A DNA stretch of 64,000 nt from assembly GCA_951406725.2 (NCBI GenBank), contig OX597829.1, forward strand, positions 7,998,001 to 8,062,000. The letters run 5' to 3'. Positions 15,781 to 29,460 of the stretch are shown in pieces; position 1 is the stretch's first letter, and each line of letters starts with the position of its first letter. A program made the translations under genes and the position numbers. This DNA is from Octopus vulgaris (lineage: Eukaryota). The notes beneath the pieces are model-generated. The model had not been told where the DNA came from and ran no database searches. It saw only the letters and a list, made by a program, of their open reading frames with translations.

Positions 15781-16237
15781 TACAACCCAACCATACAGAC
15801 TGATGGGATACAAGACTACGAGTGGCTGACAACATTCCACATATCTAACTCACTAACGATCATTGCTTGATCCAGGAGAGTAGCTCTGTCAATGAGACAA
15901 GCTGTCAGAAAACATGTCTAACCATGCAAACATACCATCCAGGAATTTTATTGAGGCTGTAGCATGAGTGCATGCCTGCACATCATTATCAACAGCATAC
16001 TAAGTACACTATTAGTTTTTTTGTATTTTTTGGCTTAGATACAAGGCCACATTTTGTAGTAACAAAACAATAAATGGACTGAATTAATGAAACCAAAGTA
16101 ATATTTGGACTATGGTAAGGGATATTTTGGTCAAACACATTAGATTAGAACTCAGAAAATAACAAGAAGAAACTATAGCAACAACAATGATAATAAATGA
16201 CAACAATAACTAATTGATTACAACATATGGAAATAGA

Positions 16238-16623
16238 TCTCTTCTCTCTATATATAAACGGCAGTTTGTCTGTGCGTGTTTCTGTGTGTCTGTTTTCTTG
16301 TACCCTCACCCTGACCACGGCTTTCAACCGATTCTGATGAAACTTGACACACACATAGCCCAATGTCATAATTCAAAACTAACGCAGCGAAAATTTTGAA
16401 AAGTTGCCCCAGTTCTGAAAAAAATCGATAAATTCGACATGGGGTCGAGAATCAGAAACACAAACCGCAAACTGTCTAGGGGACGCAACTCCACCTTTTT
16501 TAACTAACAAAAAATTTACCATCATTTTTTTCCAGCTTTTTGCTATTTTTTGGGTATAACTCTCTAAAAATGCTTTATAGTTATTTCCCTACAAACCTGA
16601 GCAACGCCGGGCGATACTGCTAG
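16238..16623 (+). mobile_element. Non-autonomous Helitron
   Basis: Starts a|TC...tctatatataaa; internal tcaaccgattctgatgaaactt motif; 3' hairpin cctgagcaacgccggg followed by CTAG|t; inserted between A and T with no TSD. Confidence 0.88.
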
Positions 16624-17339
16624 TAGTAATTAAAAGTAGACTTTTTCCTCTTTAATCTGTAATTATTTATTAATTAAAACTGTTTCACTTCATATTGATA
16701 TATTTCGATATGCTTGTTCTTTCTTTCCAAATATAACCACACACACACACAAACACACTATATACTCTTTCTTCACTTCAGCTTTATTATTATTATTATT
16801 TTAGTGTACTTTGTCGGAAATCTTTTGTCACACGTCAATGTCTCTCCATCCCACATGTCTCCTCCTGGCCTTTCTAATTGAATCTTATGTTTGCAAGAGG
16901 GCATGCCATGCTGGTGACATGTAAAAAGCACCATCCAAACATGGTCAATGCCAGTGGCCCCTGATCAGATTGGAGTTTGGTGCAGCCTACTACTGGCTTG
17001 CCAGTCCTCAGTCAAGTTTAAGGATTATGAACAAAACACTCATACATTCAGAGGTGAATTATTCAAACTCAAAGAATTCCTCTCGACACATGGCTATGAT
17101 GCTCCCCCACTACTTCTGCTTGTGATCAGAGATGCACATATCGTCAGCCACTAAGGGACATGCTCAACTGGTTAAGGTCAAACAACTGACAAGCAAATCT
17201 GTGGTATTGAGCAGAATATTTGCTGTAGCCCATCTTTTATACCAAGACAAAACAATGTACATGATAACACTTCCAATCAGTTAAGATCAGAAGCCAGGAA
17301 AGCCACTGTCTGGTACTGCATCAGATCACTGAAGATGAT

Positions 17340-17562
17340 AAGCTGGTAAAATTGTTAGCAAGCTGGGCAAAATGCTTATCAGCATTTCATGTCTCTATGT
17401 TCTGAGTTCAAATGCCACCAGGGTCAACTTTGCCTTTCATCCTTTTGGGGTTATTAAAAGAAGTACTAGTTGAGTACTGTGGTTGATGTAAAGAAGTATC
17501 CCCCTCCCCCAAATTTCAGGCCTTGTGCCTATAATAGAAAGGATTATTATTATTATTATTAT
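17340..17562 (+). mobile_element. SINE family B copy
   Basis: agctggtaaaattgttagc...gagttcaaat...tttgcctttcatccttttggggtt...aagtactagtt, (tta)n tail. Confidence 0.75.
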
Positions 17563-17564
17563 TA

Positions 17565-18035
17565 TCCCTGCAGTCTTCCTTTGGGCAACAAGGGGAGGCA
17601 ATTTTCATCTGCCTCGTGTCTGTAGTGAAAGAGGTTATGTGGTGGTCTAGACTGAATGGGCTGAAGACAGATACTTTCCTCTTTGGCCTACCCTTCATCA
17701 ACCGTTTCAGATACCATCTGAAAAGGAAAGTGAGGGTTGAGAGAGAAGTGCTGACTTCCAGCAAATTTGTTGAAAGGCGGGTGAATGTGGCGAAGATGAT
17801 CTGTGTCAATGGGCCTGAGAAAGAAAGATGGGGAAAAGGCTCTTGCCCTAGTGGTCGGCGGGGCTTGTAGATTTTTCATGGGGTCTCCATGCGTAGCCCT
17901 GGTTTACTTCCCTCTTTTAGGCACGTTCTTTGTTATTGACTTTTTACACGACACTTTACGTAACCCCACTTTTTCCTTCATGTCTTGTAATGTCCAACCT
18001 TATTTTTGTCGGCCCTTGTGACTGATAAAGAAAGG

Positions 18036-18072
<37 letters not shown>
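17565..18072 (+). mobile_element. Tx1/L1-like LINE 3' end
   Basis: ORF 17616-17870 KEVMWWSRLNGLKTDTFL...YHLKRKVRVEREVL...FVERRVNVAKM, then 3' UTR ending ataaagaaa(tta)n; older homolog at 34040-34600. Confidence 0.6.
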
Positions 18073-18074
<2 letters not shown>

Positions 18075-18354
18075 TAGTACAAATATTAATTGTAGACAAA
18101 ATTAAAAAATAATCTGAGAGATTAATAAGCAGCATAATAAATATTAAGTAACAATAAGTTTGAGAAAGCGAACACTAATTTAATGACTAATATGGTTAAT
18201 TTTACCCTTTACATTAACTAATATAAATGATATATAATAAAATTAGAATAAATATTGGCAGTAAATGTAATGGTGGTTATAACATAAGAAACCTCATCAT
18301 TTTAATGTTTATTTTCATATTGGCATAAATTGATAAGGAACTGGCTTTTGTATT

Positions 18355-18520
18355 TGTCTTTCATTGCCTCTTTTCTCAGGATATTACCCTGAGATCTTCC
18401 TTCATCACTGCTTCCCATATTTCCTTTTTACCATGGAGTACCATCCAAACAACACACTTTTCCTCCAGCAGTTAGCATCAATACATATCTCGCATTCATA
18501 AACCATTTCCCCACTGGTAT
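18355..18520 (-). pseudogene. Old RTE ORF end remnant
   Basis: KEIWEAVMKEDLRV resembles [13 protein letters not shown] of the younger RTE copies in this window. Confidence 0.45.
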
Positions 18521-18964
18521 CCAAAACGAAAGAGAAAATTGAGAGGGCTGTATCTCAATGCAAAGCATTGAGAGGTAAAGAATATGTCTCAGTGATCCAG
18601 TTTAAATTCCAGATTTAAAATCAATTTATCATTAACACACTATTAAAAATAAAAATTATCAAACTGCTTCCTGTATTCTACAAATCTGTGTATTCTACAA
18701 ATGTGTGTAAGATTTCATTATCATTTGTATACATTTTAAATGAGAGTTTGGATATGAAAAGGTAGGGAAAAGGGAAAATAAAACTATCAAACTTGTTCAG
18801 GATGTTACCATAAACAGGAACATAATTCTTATGATTGCATTGTATTCTATTTGTGTGGCAGTTTAACAGTAACAACAGTCCAATATAATACAATATAAAG
18901 GTAGGCCGCCAATTTCAGCCTTTCTGGGACCACTCTTTATTGTACTTTATTTATCTTCTAACTT

Positions 18965-19378
18965 TTATTTGCTTCGTTCATCAGACTGCAGCCATGCTGG
19001 GGCACTGCCTTGAAAGATTTTTAGTCGGAAGAATCAACCCCAATTGCTTCTCTTTTCTCAAACCTGGTACTTAATCCATCATTCCCTTAATCTATCAATT
19101 CCTTTTTGCCAAACCGCTAAGTTACAGGGACATAAACACACCAACACCAGTTGTCAAGCAGTGGTGAAGGACACACACAAAGAAACAAACACACACACAG
19201 ATGTGTGTGTGTATATATATGTATACACGACAGGATTCTTTCAGTTTCTGTCTGCCATATCCACTCACAAGGCTTTGTTCAGCCCGTGGCTATAGTAGAA
19301 GCTTGCTCAAGGTGCCATACAGTGGGGTTGAATCTAGAACCATGTGGTTGGGAAGCAACCACATGGTTGCTTCTATGT
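18965..19378 (-). mobile_element. SINE family A copy (diverged)
   Basis: Reverse-complement homology to 44492-44900. Confidence 0.85.
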
Positions 19379-20039
19379 CATGTTTAAGTTTATGAAGTAA
19401 AATCACTGAGTTAAGTTCAGCATACTAACAGATATAATTATCATCAATATAAAGATAACAATTAAGCCTCAACATTGTTGCCCAGTTAGCTGGAAACAGC
19501 AGTCAAATTTCCCTCAAAACATATCCTGCAATCTTAAAACAAGGAAAATACATGGGATTATGTAATCTTAGAACATAATATCTAAAAACAGAATTTGATG
19601 GCTACAAATGAAACACCTTTGAACGTAGGTCTGCTTTTAGTTAGAGCTCACCTGGGAATAAACAACTTATTTTCAATCTATTCCTCAATCTATCTATCTA
19701 CCTAGGTTGTTCCACAAGACGCTCCAATTATTACTCAAATTATTTAATTTAATGCACTACTTATAATAAAAGCAAATAACCAAAAAACTTACTAAAATTT
19801 ATTTTAAATTAAAATTTCAATTATCTCTCAAATTATTTAATAGTCTATTCATTTTATTTTTTTGCCTTTATTATAACTGGTGCATGACTGGTTGTTTTAT
19901 GCTTACAAGTAGCACTTATGTGTCACTGAAATTTAGGTATGTACTCAAGAAAAAATAAAACGATATTGAAATAATAGAAGAAACATTCAATAAATCAAAA
20001 TATCAGTTATTTCTCTATTCAACATTATCTACAACAAAT

Positions 20040-20249
20040 CAACCCTTTAGTATTTAAACCATCCATATCTTACCCCAGATATTCCACCTGTTCTATGTTC
20101 AAATCAGCTAGATCTGGCTTCTCACACCTACCTTACAATGTCGTTTTAAAAATCAGCAATCACATCAACAAATTCTCAAAGCTATGAGATAATGCATGGT
20201 TAATTCAAAGCTACATTTGACACAATAATCTTAAAGCTAAAGGCTTTAA
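20040..20249 (+). mobile_element. piggyBac-type MITE
   Basis: Ends aaccctttagtattt... / ...aagctaaaggctttaa; reverse-orientation copies at ~20690-20880 and ~26270-26401. Confidence 0.55.
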
Positions 20250-22760
20250 GATACAAAATTTTGACAATCAACATTAACATTTCCATAATTGGGATGTCTT
20301 TGAGATCTTCTTGGTATAATAAATAGACTATGACTAATAAAAATCTTTACATTTGCTGGATCACCAACTGTACTTACTGAGAGCAACATAAACTGACCAT
20401 CTGTGAACATGTTAGTGATATAGTAAAGAAAGTGACTTATGAAAAAATTAACAAATCAAAACAAATATTTGCAAGTTTTCTTAAGAGAAATTTAAAGAAT
20501 GAAGACTAATCATTTTCTTTCGTACATACATACAAACATAGACACACACACGCACACATACATATAGAGGAAGAGCAAAAGAGTGGGGGGTGGGGGGGTG
20601 GGGGGGCACTGGATGAGTGATGAAGGTAAAAGCAGAGAACAGCTACCAGAAATGCAATGAAGCACCAGCAATACTTTCAACTCCTTACCATTTAGATTAC
20701 TCTGTCAAATGTAATGTTTGTTTATTCATAATGATTTCATTTAATCATGCTTTATGTTATAGCTTTAAGATTTTGACATGCATGTATAGGTATGAAAGAC
20801 TGGATCTGGTCAGTTTGAGCATAAAAAACATGTAGAATATTCAGGCCAGTTATGAGTGGTTTAAATGCTGAAGTGTTAAACTAAATTCCTATATGTACCT
20901 CAGAGTTTTAAAGAAGCACACCATATTATAGTGTGTTCGAAGAGAAGATTAAAATGCTTGGTATCAGAAAGGGCATCAGACCATAAAATGCTCCCTCAAA
21001 AGTCTTATCCAAACTCAAGCCAATGATGAAGTTTAACAAGACATTGATTGATAATGTGACGATGTCAAACGATGATGATGATGATCTGAAAATCCAGTAG
21101 ATTATCCATTCTACTCCTGTTCCCATCCATATCAGATTCAAAGTATTTCATCCAATTAACTATGAAATATACATATCTTACACACACACAAGAGTATGTT
21201 TATATCCCATCATCTAAATAAACTGTCCAAAATTTTAATATTGTATACAAAAGATAAACAATATCGCTTACATGAATATAACTTATTCTTCTGTGGTACC
21301 ATTTACAATCCAAACTTTAATGTGCAAAAAGATATTTTTGAAATTAAAAAAAAAAGATGGAAAACATCTTCCAAGTCATTGTTAATTCATTAGCAGCTGT
21401 TTCACTCCTTAATTATTTTAGTTACTAAACAAATGTTTTTCTTTTTCTCAAATTCAATTAGAGTACTCAATCTGTTTTAGGCATTAGGGGGAAAATGTCA
21501 GGTCATAGTATAACAGACATTATTAAACTTCACAAGGAATGCTGTTTGGGAATAAACTGAATAACCGCCGAGTACTGAATATCACTAATAATGAAGAATA
21601 GCATCTGTGATGAAATATACACGGATATATAGAAGTGTGTACAAGTGCAAGCACTCAGTCATACACACAATCACATACATACATGTATGTACATACACAA
21701 ATACATACATGTACAATACAGCTGTACGAACACACACATATCAATAGATGTATTCACGACAAAAACATAAAAGTGTGTGAAAAAGTCATTTGAAGTCAAA
21801 AATTCATATGAAAACATGTATACACATGGATGTGCATGGAGAAAGAGAGAGAGAGAGAGAGATGAACAAACACAAAAGTAGCTATATATCTGTACATATA
21901 TTTGCATGTGTAGATATATATTGATATGCATAAGAGTTGTGACTGAACATATGAGAAAAATAGGCTTCAGTGAACTGGATAATTTGGAGTTCACAAATTA
22001 GATGGCAGATATATTTTAATTATTTATTTACCTGTCTTTTACATAAATCACAGAAGAACCACTTTCAAAATAAGCTGTCTGCAAACAAATCAGTCACGGC
22101 TGAAACACCTTTGCTTATAAGTCAGCTTCACCAGGTCTAAGAGGAGGCAAGATAACATCCCAAGCAAGCCACTGGTTAAACTACCACAAGGTCAACAGAG
22201 TTGGTAGAAATCACAGCCAAAGTTCAATCAAATCACAAGCTATCATATAACAGAAAGACATACAAGATGATGTAATCCCAGACATCCCAGAAAGAAGGCA
22301 GGATGGTCATGACTAGAATGCTTTTCATTACAGATCTAATAGATCAGACAAAACACTACTACCACCTATGTATATGAATGCAGTTAACTGAGTTCTCTTT
22401 GAGTTTTTAATCTACTTTCCATTCATGTTTTTCTTGTGGAGACATTGCCCTGCAGATGTTCATGTGGAACATCATCAGCTCAAATCTGGTAATGGAGCAC
22501 TGCACATCATTTCGAGAGTAATTTGATATAAAAATACATAAATAAGAAAATAGAACTAATGCAAGAGGAGCAGGATCAGGTAGACCTGCCAGTTAGTGCT
22601 CACCTGAATGAAAGTACAATAAATCAATGATTGCATTATCAGATTCAGGTGTTGCATTGGTGACAACATATGTGCATATCAAAATATATATATATGTTAT
22701 AAATATACTTAGTCTTGTATATGCATGGGCATATTTAAAATATGCCTGTGCACACAGGCT

Positions 22761-22814
<54 letters not shown>

Positions 22815-22845
22815 ACTACAAAATTAGAACTACAAAATTAGTAGA

Positions 22846-23146
22846 GCATTCCATCGGTTACGGCAATGAGGGTCCCAACTGATACGATCAATGGAACAGC
22901 CTGCTCGTGAAATTAACGTGCAAGTGGCTGAGCACTCCACAGACATGTGTACCTCTAAAGTAGTTCTCAGGGAGATTCAGCGTGACACAGGGTATGACAA
23001 GGCTGGCCCTTTGAAATACAGGTAATACAGTGGAATGGAGCAACATGAAATAAAGTGTCTTGCTCAAGGACACAACGTATCACCGGGAATCGAACTCATG
23101 ACCTTACAATCGTGAACCGAATGCCCCTAACCACTAAGCCACGCAC
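22846..23146 (-). mobile_element. SINE family C (tRNA head + CORE-like domain)
   Basis: gtggcttagtggttagg (A box)...gagttcgattcccgg (B box), then gttgtgtccttgagcaagacacttt. Confidence 0.85.
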
Positions 23147-23152
23147 CATCAC

Positions 23153-23214
<62 letters not shown>

Positions 23215-23626
23215 ATATAGTTGTTGGTGTAACATAAGCACTGACAAATATTGAGATCTGCTTCATAAAAAATGTCCCACCACACAATCACTCCCAGCCT
23301 TTTGAATGATATCAGCTAGATTAGACATTGTGCTTAGATTGTGAATATTTTGGTTGTACGTATATCCTTAAAGTGTGAAGCCTTCTCTTTCTAGATTTTC
23401 TGCCCCAATCTTAGTGTGATGTTGTCTGTGTTTTGGCATTTGGTGTTATGGGTTTTGGAAATAGACTCATCATTCTGGCTTCACCAAGACTTATGTGTTG
23501 ATAGTGTTCAAATAACTAAAGCTGTCATTCAACATATATCAGAATTTTACTTTCACACTTTCCCTATCACATCTTGTCTGTTTACATATATACTCAACAC
23601 CAAGTTATCATTATATTAGTGTAGAT

Positions 23627-23943
23627 CAGGGATTTCTCGCTCATTTTTTCACCTATGGATTACTATTTTATTCTGATAGATCCCCATAGCCCTTCAATGT
23701 TTAAAAACTAGTTTTTAATCATTGAAACTTTCAAAATACTTGTTTTCTTTTTCATACATAAGCTTGTATTAGTTGAACTATGTAAAACAGAGAACAAAAT
23801 CTAGTTATTTCCTGCAATAAATATATCTAAATAAAAAGTTTTCGTAAAACCTCGATCCCCAATTTACTATTTTATTGAGTGGACCCCCAAAAGTCTTATA
23901 TGGACCCTCACGGTGCCACATGGACACTGGATGCAAACCACAG
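23627..23943. mobile_element. hAT-type MITE
   Basis: Degenerate CAGGG.../...aaaccacag termini with 8-bp TSD gtgtagat/atgtagat (1 mismatch). Confidence 0.6.
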
Positions 23944-24599
23944 ATGTAGATAGTGTGTCTATGGTGATAACTTAAAATATTTTATTTCTGAAATGTTTTA
24001 AAGGAATATTATTATGCTACCTGAGTTTTCCTATCAAAGCATTCTTCTTTTGTTCATGTTTAAAGGCATTGTATAGACCATCTTGGAATTATCATCATAT
24101 CAAGTAATATTTTTACCTGCAAAGTTAATTCCACCATAAACTCCAAAGGTTGACATTTTTTTAAATTCCAGACTGGCTCTAATTAAGCAAACTTACAATC
24201 AAAAGTATTTCTGTAGTGACTGTCTCATATCTATGTCTTATTTGCTCACCATTATAAAACTGTTATTAAAAGCTCAAGTTCTACTGATATATGGAGTTCA
24301 AGCTAAAATAACCTCAACATGGTTGCTTGGCCTGCTAGAAATACCAGCCAGATCTTCCTGGAATCATGCCCCAACTGTCTAGGACAAAGAATACATCCTT
24401 CTTAATGTAAGAATATGACAAGATAACTACAAATGGAACATCACTATGGTACATCAAAATAATGATGTTCCATCTGTTCTATTTTCTGGGCTTGTATGAT
24501 TAAACGTCTGCTGAATCAAAGCTGACTTGGTGTTAACCACAATAACAAATAAATCTCTAATCAATTGTACAGTCAAGACTTATGCAAAATCAAGAACCA

Positions 24600-24736
24600 A
24601 ATGGTTGTGTGGTAAGAAGCTTGCGTTTCAACCGCATTGTTCTGTGTTCTGGGGTAAGTTGTCTTCTAGTACATATAACCTTGGGCTGACCAAAGCCTTG
24701 TGAATGGATTCAATAGAGGGAAACTGAAAGAAGACC

Positions 24737-24782
<46 letters not shown>

Positions 24783-24970
24783 CATGTGTTTGTGTCTGTG
24801 TTTGCCCCATCCACCACCACTTGATAACTCGTGTTGATGTCCCCATAACTTGGCAGTTCAACAAAAGAGACTGAAAGAATAAGCACCAAGCTTAAAGTAA
24901 AAAATAAGTACTGAGGTCAATGCATTCAACTAAAAAATTACTTCAAGACAATGCCCCAGCATGGCCACAA
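24600..24970 (+). mobile_element. SINE family A copy (diverged)
   Basis: tggttgtgtggtaagaagcttgc...(tg)n...gccccagcatggccac. Confidence 0.8.
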
Positions 24971-26889
24971 AGATAAATTTTTTTACAAAGTCAGGTTTCT
25001 TATAACAACCTTAACATCTATATTCACATTTTGACTGTGATTATGATAGTAGTGATGCCCCTGTAGCAAATAAAAGAAATTATTGTTGTTAATATAACCC
25101 AGAATAAGAAAACACAAGTTCAAAAGCATTCCAGCCATGACTATCCTGTATTTGTGTATATCTAGAACTACGTTGTCCAGTATCTCCTTTTTTTTTTTAA
25201 ATTTATTTATTTATTGAGATGATTGGGTGTGATCAAGAAAATCTGACTGCTTTTTCTAGTCAGTCAAGCAACTGCATAAATATGCCTCCTATAGTTGGTA
25301 TTGGTGACACACACTAAAAGCTAATTTCCAATTTTAAGAAAATAAATTGAGAAGAGGGGGAGACAGAGTTTACAAGTCACAGTGACAATCAGCAGGAAGC
25401 TTTTTAATGAAATACCATTTTCTGAGAGCAAGCAGAATGGAACAAGACAGGGTCAGTGCTTTTATTTACATAGCAGTAAAGTCAGTAGTTATTAGAGATG
25501 TTCTGTAAAATTGATTACCAAGACCTTTATAGCAGCAATTCAGTGGAGAATTTAGTCAATGTTATACATACATTTGTTGTAATAAATAATCAAATAGCAA
25601 TGAACATGATAGCAAACAAGAAAAATAAATTAGTAAAAAAAATATTTAGACTAAGATGGCTCATATTTATGTATAAGTGTATGTCAATATATATATACGT
25701 GCATTCATAAGTAATATATATACATCCTTAGTCATGTATATGTGTATACCATGGTATTTGTGCTATGTAGTATGTCATCTGAGTATTTTTACTAAAGTAC
25801 TAAAGCATTTTCATCAAAGTATTTAAGTACGTTTTACAAAAATATTTAAAGGTAAACTAAATTCACAAAATTAAATAAAAACACTCAAGAGCTCACACAC
25901 TACCAAACCATGTTACAGCCAACACTGATTCTTAATATTGGGACATGGATACAAATATAAGGTAAGTAAGATTAAATATAAGATTAGAACAAACTGAGTC
26001 ATCACCAGTATATATTTTTTTTAATTAAAATTATTTTTAATTGTACCAGTCACTTGAGTGAGGCCAGAATGAAGCACCACCTTCAAGGGCTTTCATCAGT
26101 CTATATATACAGCTGTATCTTGGGAGGGTCATTACTCCAATAATAATAAACACATGCTCTGATACAATATCTCTTCTTTATTGTAAGTCAATTGATTAAA
26201 TATTTAACCAACAAGCAAATCAATCATTTGTTTAATGTGTTGACTAAACAGTCAACCAGTTGTTTCTCTGTCAAAGTCTTTTCCCTTAAGTATTATTCAT
26301 AACTTTATCAATAGGTGAGAGGTTGGACCCAGTCAGTTTTAACATAAAACAGGTAAAATATTCCAGCTGGATATGGCTGGCTTAAACACAAAATGGGTTA
26401 AAGTCTGAGTTTGAGTCATCAGCAAATTGACCATCAACATCAGCAGACTTAACAGCTGTAGTAAAGTTGGAACCAATTGACATGAAAGAACAAGGTGAGT
26501 TTCAGTTGTTTACCTTCCTCGTGTTGCTTCTAGATAAAGAATTCGCTCAAAGCTCAGAGATATTGATAACAAAGTCAAACCTTAGTTTTCCATTGATAAC
26601 ACAATATAGAAAATGATGTTATTAAGGATTCTCAAATAACAGAAAGTTCCTAAGGCAATAGGTTGTCATTTTACCTCTGCTATCACCAATAATTTTATCT
26701 GTTGTATCTTCAGTTAACACATGAGTCATTCTATAGGTCTTCTACAAGACATCTGCTTTACCTGCCCTCAGGAGTAAACAAATGAATCGCTTACCCCAAA
26801 TCCTTCAAAATTGTATATTCTACAGTCACACTGTACAGAAGTTGTTTTTGTTTTTTGTTTTTTTTGTTTTCTTTCTATGACATTAGCTA

Positions 26890-27920
26890 TAGCAGTAGTC
26901 CTTAGCGCCTTCCATAGAGCTGCTAAACTGAATATTGGTGACTAGAGGCTGCATCACTTGAGGATACTGACAGTTGTTTGTCCTTGGGAATCTTCCTTAA
27001 GGGTATCCTCTTCTATGATCATGAGACCCTTACCAGAATATCTTTAAAGGAATAATCCCTTCCAAACTACAATTATACCTTGATCTATTGGCTGCTGCAT
27101 CATGCAGATTTATTGCAAGTAAAAACAAGCACTTTGTTCTACCATCATTACTGACAAGTTGGCGAACATCTGGGTGAACTGGTGCATTGACAAAAGTTTG
27201 TGGTACCTTCACTTCATCAACAGACAAATAGACGATATCTTCCTAACATTACACAGGAATGTTTCATGAGAAAAATCGATTGTTGAAGATATGCATGTTA
27301 AAATACCGTTTCTCTGAATGGCTATGTAATGATATAATGGTAGTTAGTGAATTATTACCCTCCGACATCATAAACTTTAAAAGATGCATGCTATTTGCAT
27401 TCACATAACATGACGGAAACAAACATTCCACATTTAAATTCCCACAAGGCATTGAAGTTTCCAGCTTGAGTATTCTGGAGTACTGACAGCATGATAAAAC
27501 AGAGTTGTATCACCTTTAAACATTTTTGAAATTAGAAGCCCTTTACTCTTAAGTAACTCTTTTGGCACCAAGCCTTGTGAGACCATCCCTAGTTCTATGA
27601 TACAAACACTCTTGCTTTAAATTGATCTAAATTAAGATCTTCCATCAAATTTCATCAGAATTTCATGTTACTTCATATTTTAGGAACAAATTATTTTACT
27701 AAATTTTTCGTTATTTTGAAATTAATTGAAATGAAGGTCACGGACTTAAAGAGAAATATGGCAATGGAAAGGTTACTGCCTGCTTCAAAATAAGCAATTT
27801 TATAACCGATTCCATGGTGGTTTTTAAATCACCAAAAGCACCCATCACCAGCTTCAAAATGTTTGATGCCCACATGATTAGTTAGCCTGGCATCAACACT
27901 TTTCACCACCACAGAAGCTT
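26890..27920 (-). pseudogene. Tigger/pogo (CENP-B HTH + DDE_1) transposase fossil, interrupted by a MITE
   Basis: Collinear minus-strand motifs: FEAGDGCFW*FKNHHGI...EAG (resembles FKASDGWLWRFRNRHGI), GLLISKMFKGDTTLF (resembles QIYNADETGLF), YVNANSMHLLK, NAPVHPDVRQLVSNDGRTKCLFL, then QQPIDQGII after a frameshift. Confidence 0.8.
27553..27775. mobile_element. piggyBac-type MITE nested in the Tigger fossil
   Basis: Ends taactcttttggcacc... / ...ggcaatggaaaggtta resemble the TIRs of the 4353-5431 element. Confidence 0.55.
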
Positions 27921-29106
27921 TTCCCTGATCACAGTTGGTCACTGATGGCCACCTACTCAGTCATTGCTGCCTCGTGATTTATACATTTTGCATTACATAT
28001 TGTTCAGGTGATTTAGAATTAACAACATTATCATTAAAAGAAAATGTGACAAATTTACTCTACACCTTACTTATGTTGAAAACAGTTTGATTTTAACAAG
28101 ATCCTCGACTTTGGTAAGTTTAATTTGAAATTAACAAGTAGTAGCCATATTTTCACATCTCTGCAACAATCATTTAAAAAAAAAACATTTCTTTCTGTTT
28201 CAAATTTTCAAAAACTTAAACACTTTTTCCACTTTGGCAACACCAACCAAATTCCTGGTACCATGTGTAAGTGGTGTTGCTAAAGTGAAACCCCAAAAAC
28301 AAAAACTAAAAACAGATGAACAAAAAGCAATGAATAAAAGCAAAAAGTTAAATGTGTTGCGTATGTGTACAAATATATAAAGAATGGTGGTCAGAATTTT
28401 GGATGAAACTGGCTTTGGGGAGTGGCTGTTGGCAATGTGTCTGTGTCTGTGTGTGTATGCAGGGGTATGTATATGATTGCATGTGTTGCCATTTTGAATT
28501 CCTTTCTGTGACTGAACTTAAACTGACCCTTGGCTATTAAAGATTCAACCACACACATTTGATTTAGGTTTTGTACCCATTTGAACTGCGGCCATACACC
28601 AGATAACATGATAAGTCTTATGTTCTGAAATTTAAATTTTGAATTTGTTTTAATTATAAAATTACACCTCAGCTAAAAACACATTTTGGCTTTGAAAAAC
28701 AGAACCTTTTCTTTCTCTTTCTACATTTTTTGTTAAGGTGAAATTTCTCAATGTTAATCAGGATTTTCCAATTTCTTTCTGCTTGTATCAAGCAATGGAC
28801 AGATCCATTTAAAAAACATTAAATTCATAAAGCCAAACAAAATCAAAACTATTAATTTTATTCGTAATTATTGGAGAAGAGTAAACATTTCCCACCCACT
28901 TCTTTAATACTAACAAGAGTATAATGAGGGAGATTTGGCTGTTATTTCTAGCAAATTGAACAACCACACAGAGAGTACCTCATTGCTCACTTGTTGATTG
29001 TGTATAAGTAAACAGACACTAGCAAACACACACACACATACCTGTGTTTCAGTTCTTGTCAAAGTGTCTAAATATATTATATGTATGTATACATAATTTA
29101 TGTGGG

Positions 29107-29460
29107 ATCTAGTCTGTTTCACTCACAAAATCTGCATTTTTTAAAGGAAGTAAAAATTTTGAAAATTGATCCTTTATGTGTTATATAGTATTCAAGTTGG
29201 ATGCTAAAGTATAAATTTCACATGGCACAACCTCGAAGTTGACATTGCTAAGTCAACGCCATTACAATGCAAACAATTAGGCAGTTTTATTGTTTTTTGT
29301 TATTTTTAAACATCTGTAACATTTTCGTCAAATTTTTTCTCTAGAAATTCATGTCTTCACAAGAATAAGCATGGAAAACTGCATCAATAAAACCAATTTT
29401 TAGATTTTTTTACTTCCTTTTTAAAAAAAATGCAGATTTTGTGAATGAAACAAACTAGAT
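29107..29460. mobile_element. MITE with long TIRs (Tc1/mariner-like)
   Basis: atctagtctgtttcactcacaaaatctgcattttttaaaggaagtaaaaa versus ttttttacttcc...tgcagattttgtgaatgaaacaaactagat (~55-bp inverted arms). Confidence 0.8.

Noticed and set aside
27030-27243. Host exon (ttag...GTAAG, open frame)
   Set aside because: The sequence is explained by Tigger transposase motifs that continue across a frameshift
28071-28160. Possible minus-strand exons (also 8121-8181, 14541-14555, 32631-32663)
   Set aside because: AG/GT pairs exist but with weak splice context or no recognisable peptide; expected by chance in AT-rich DNA
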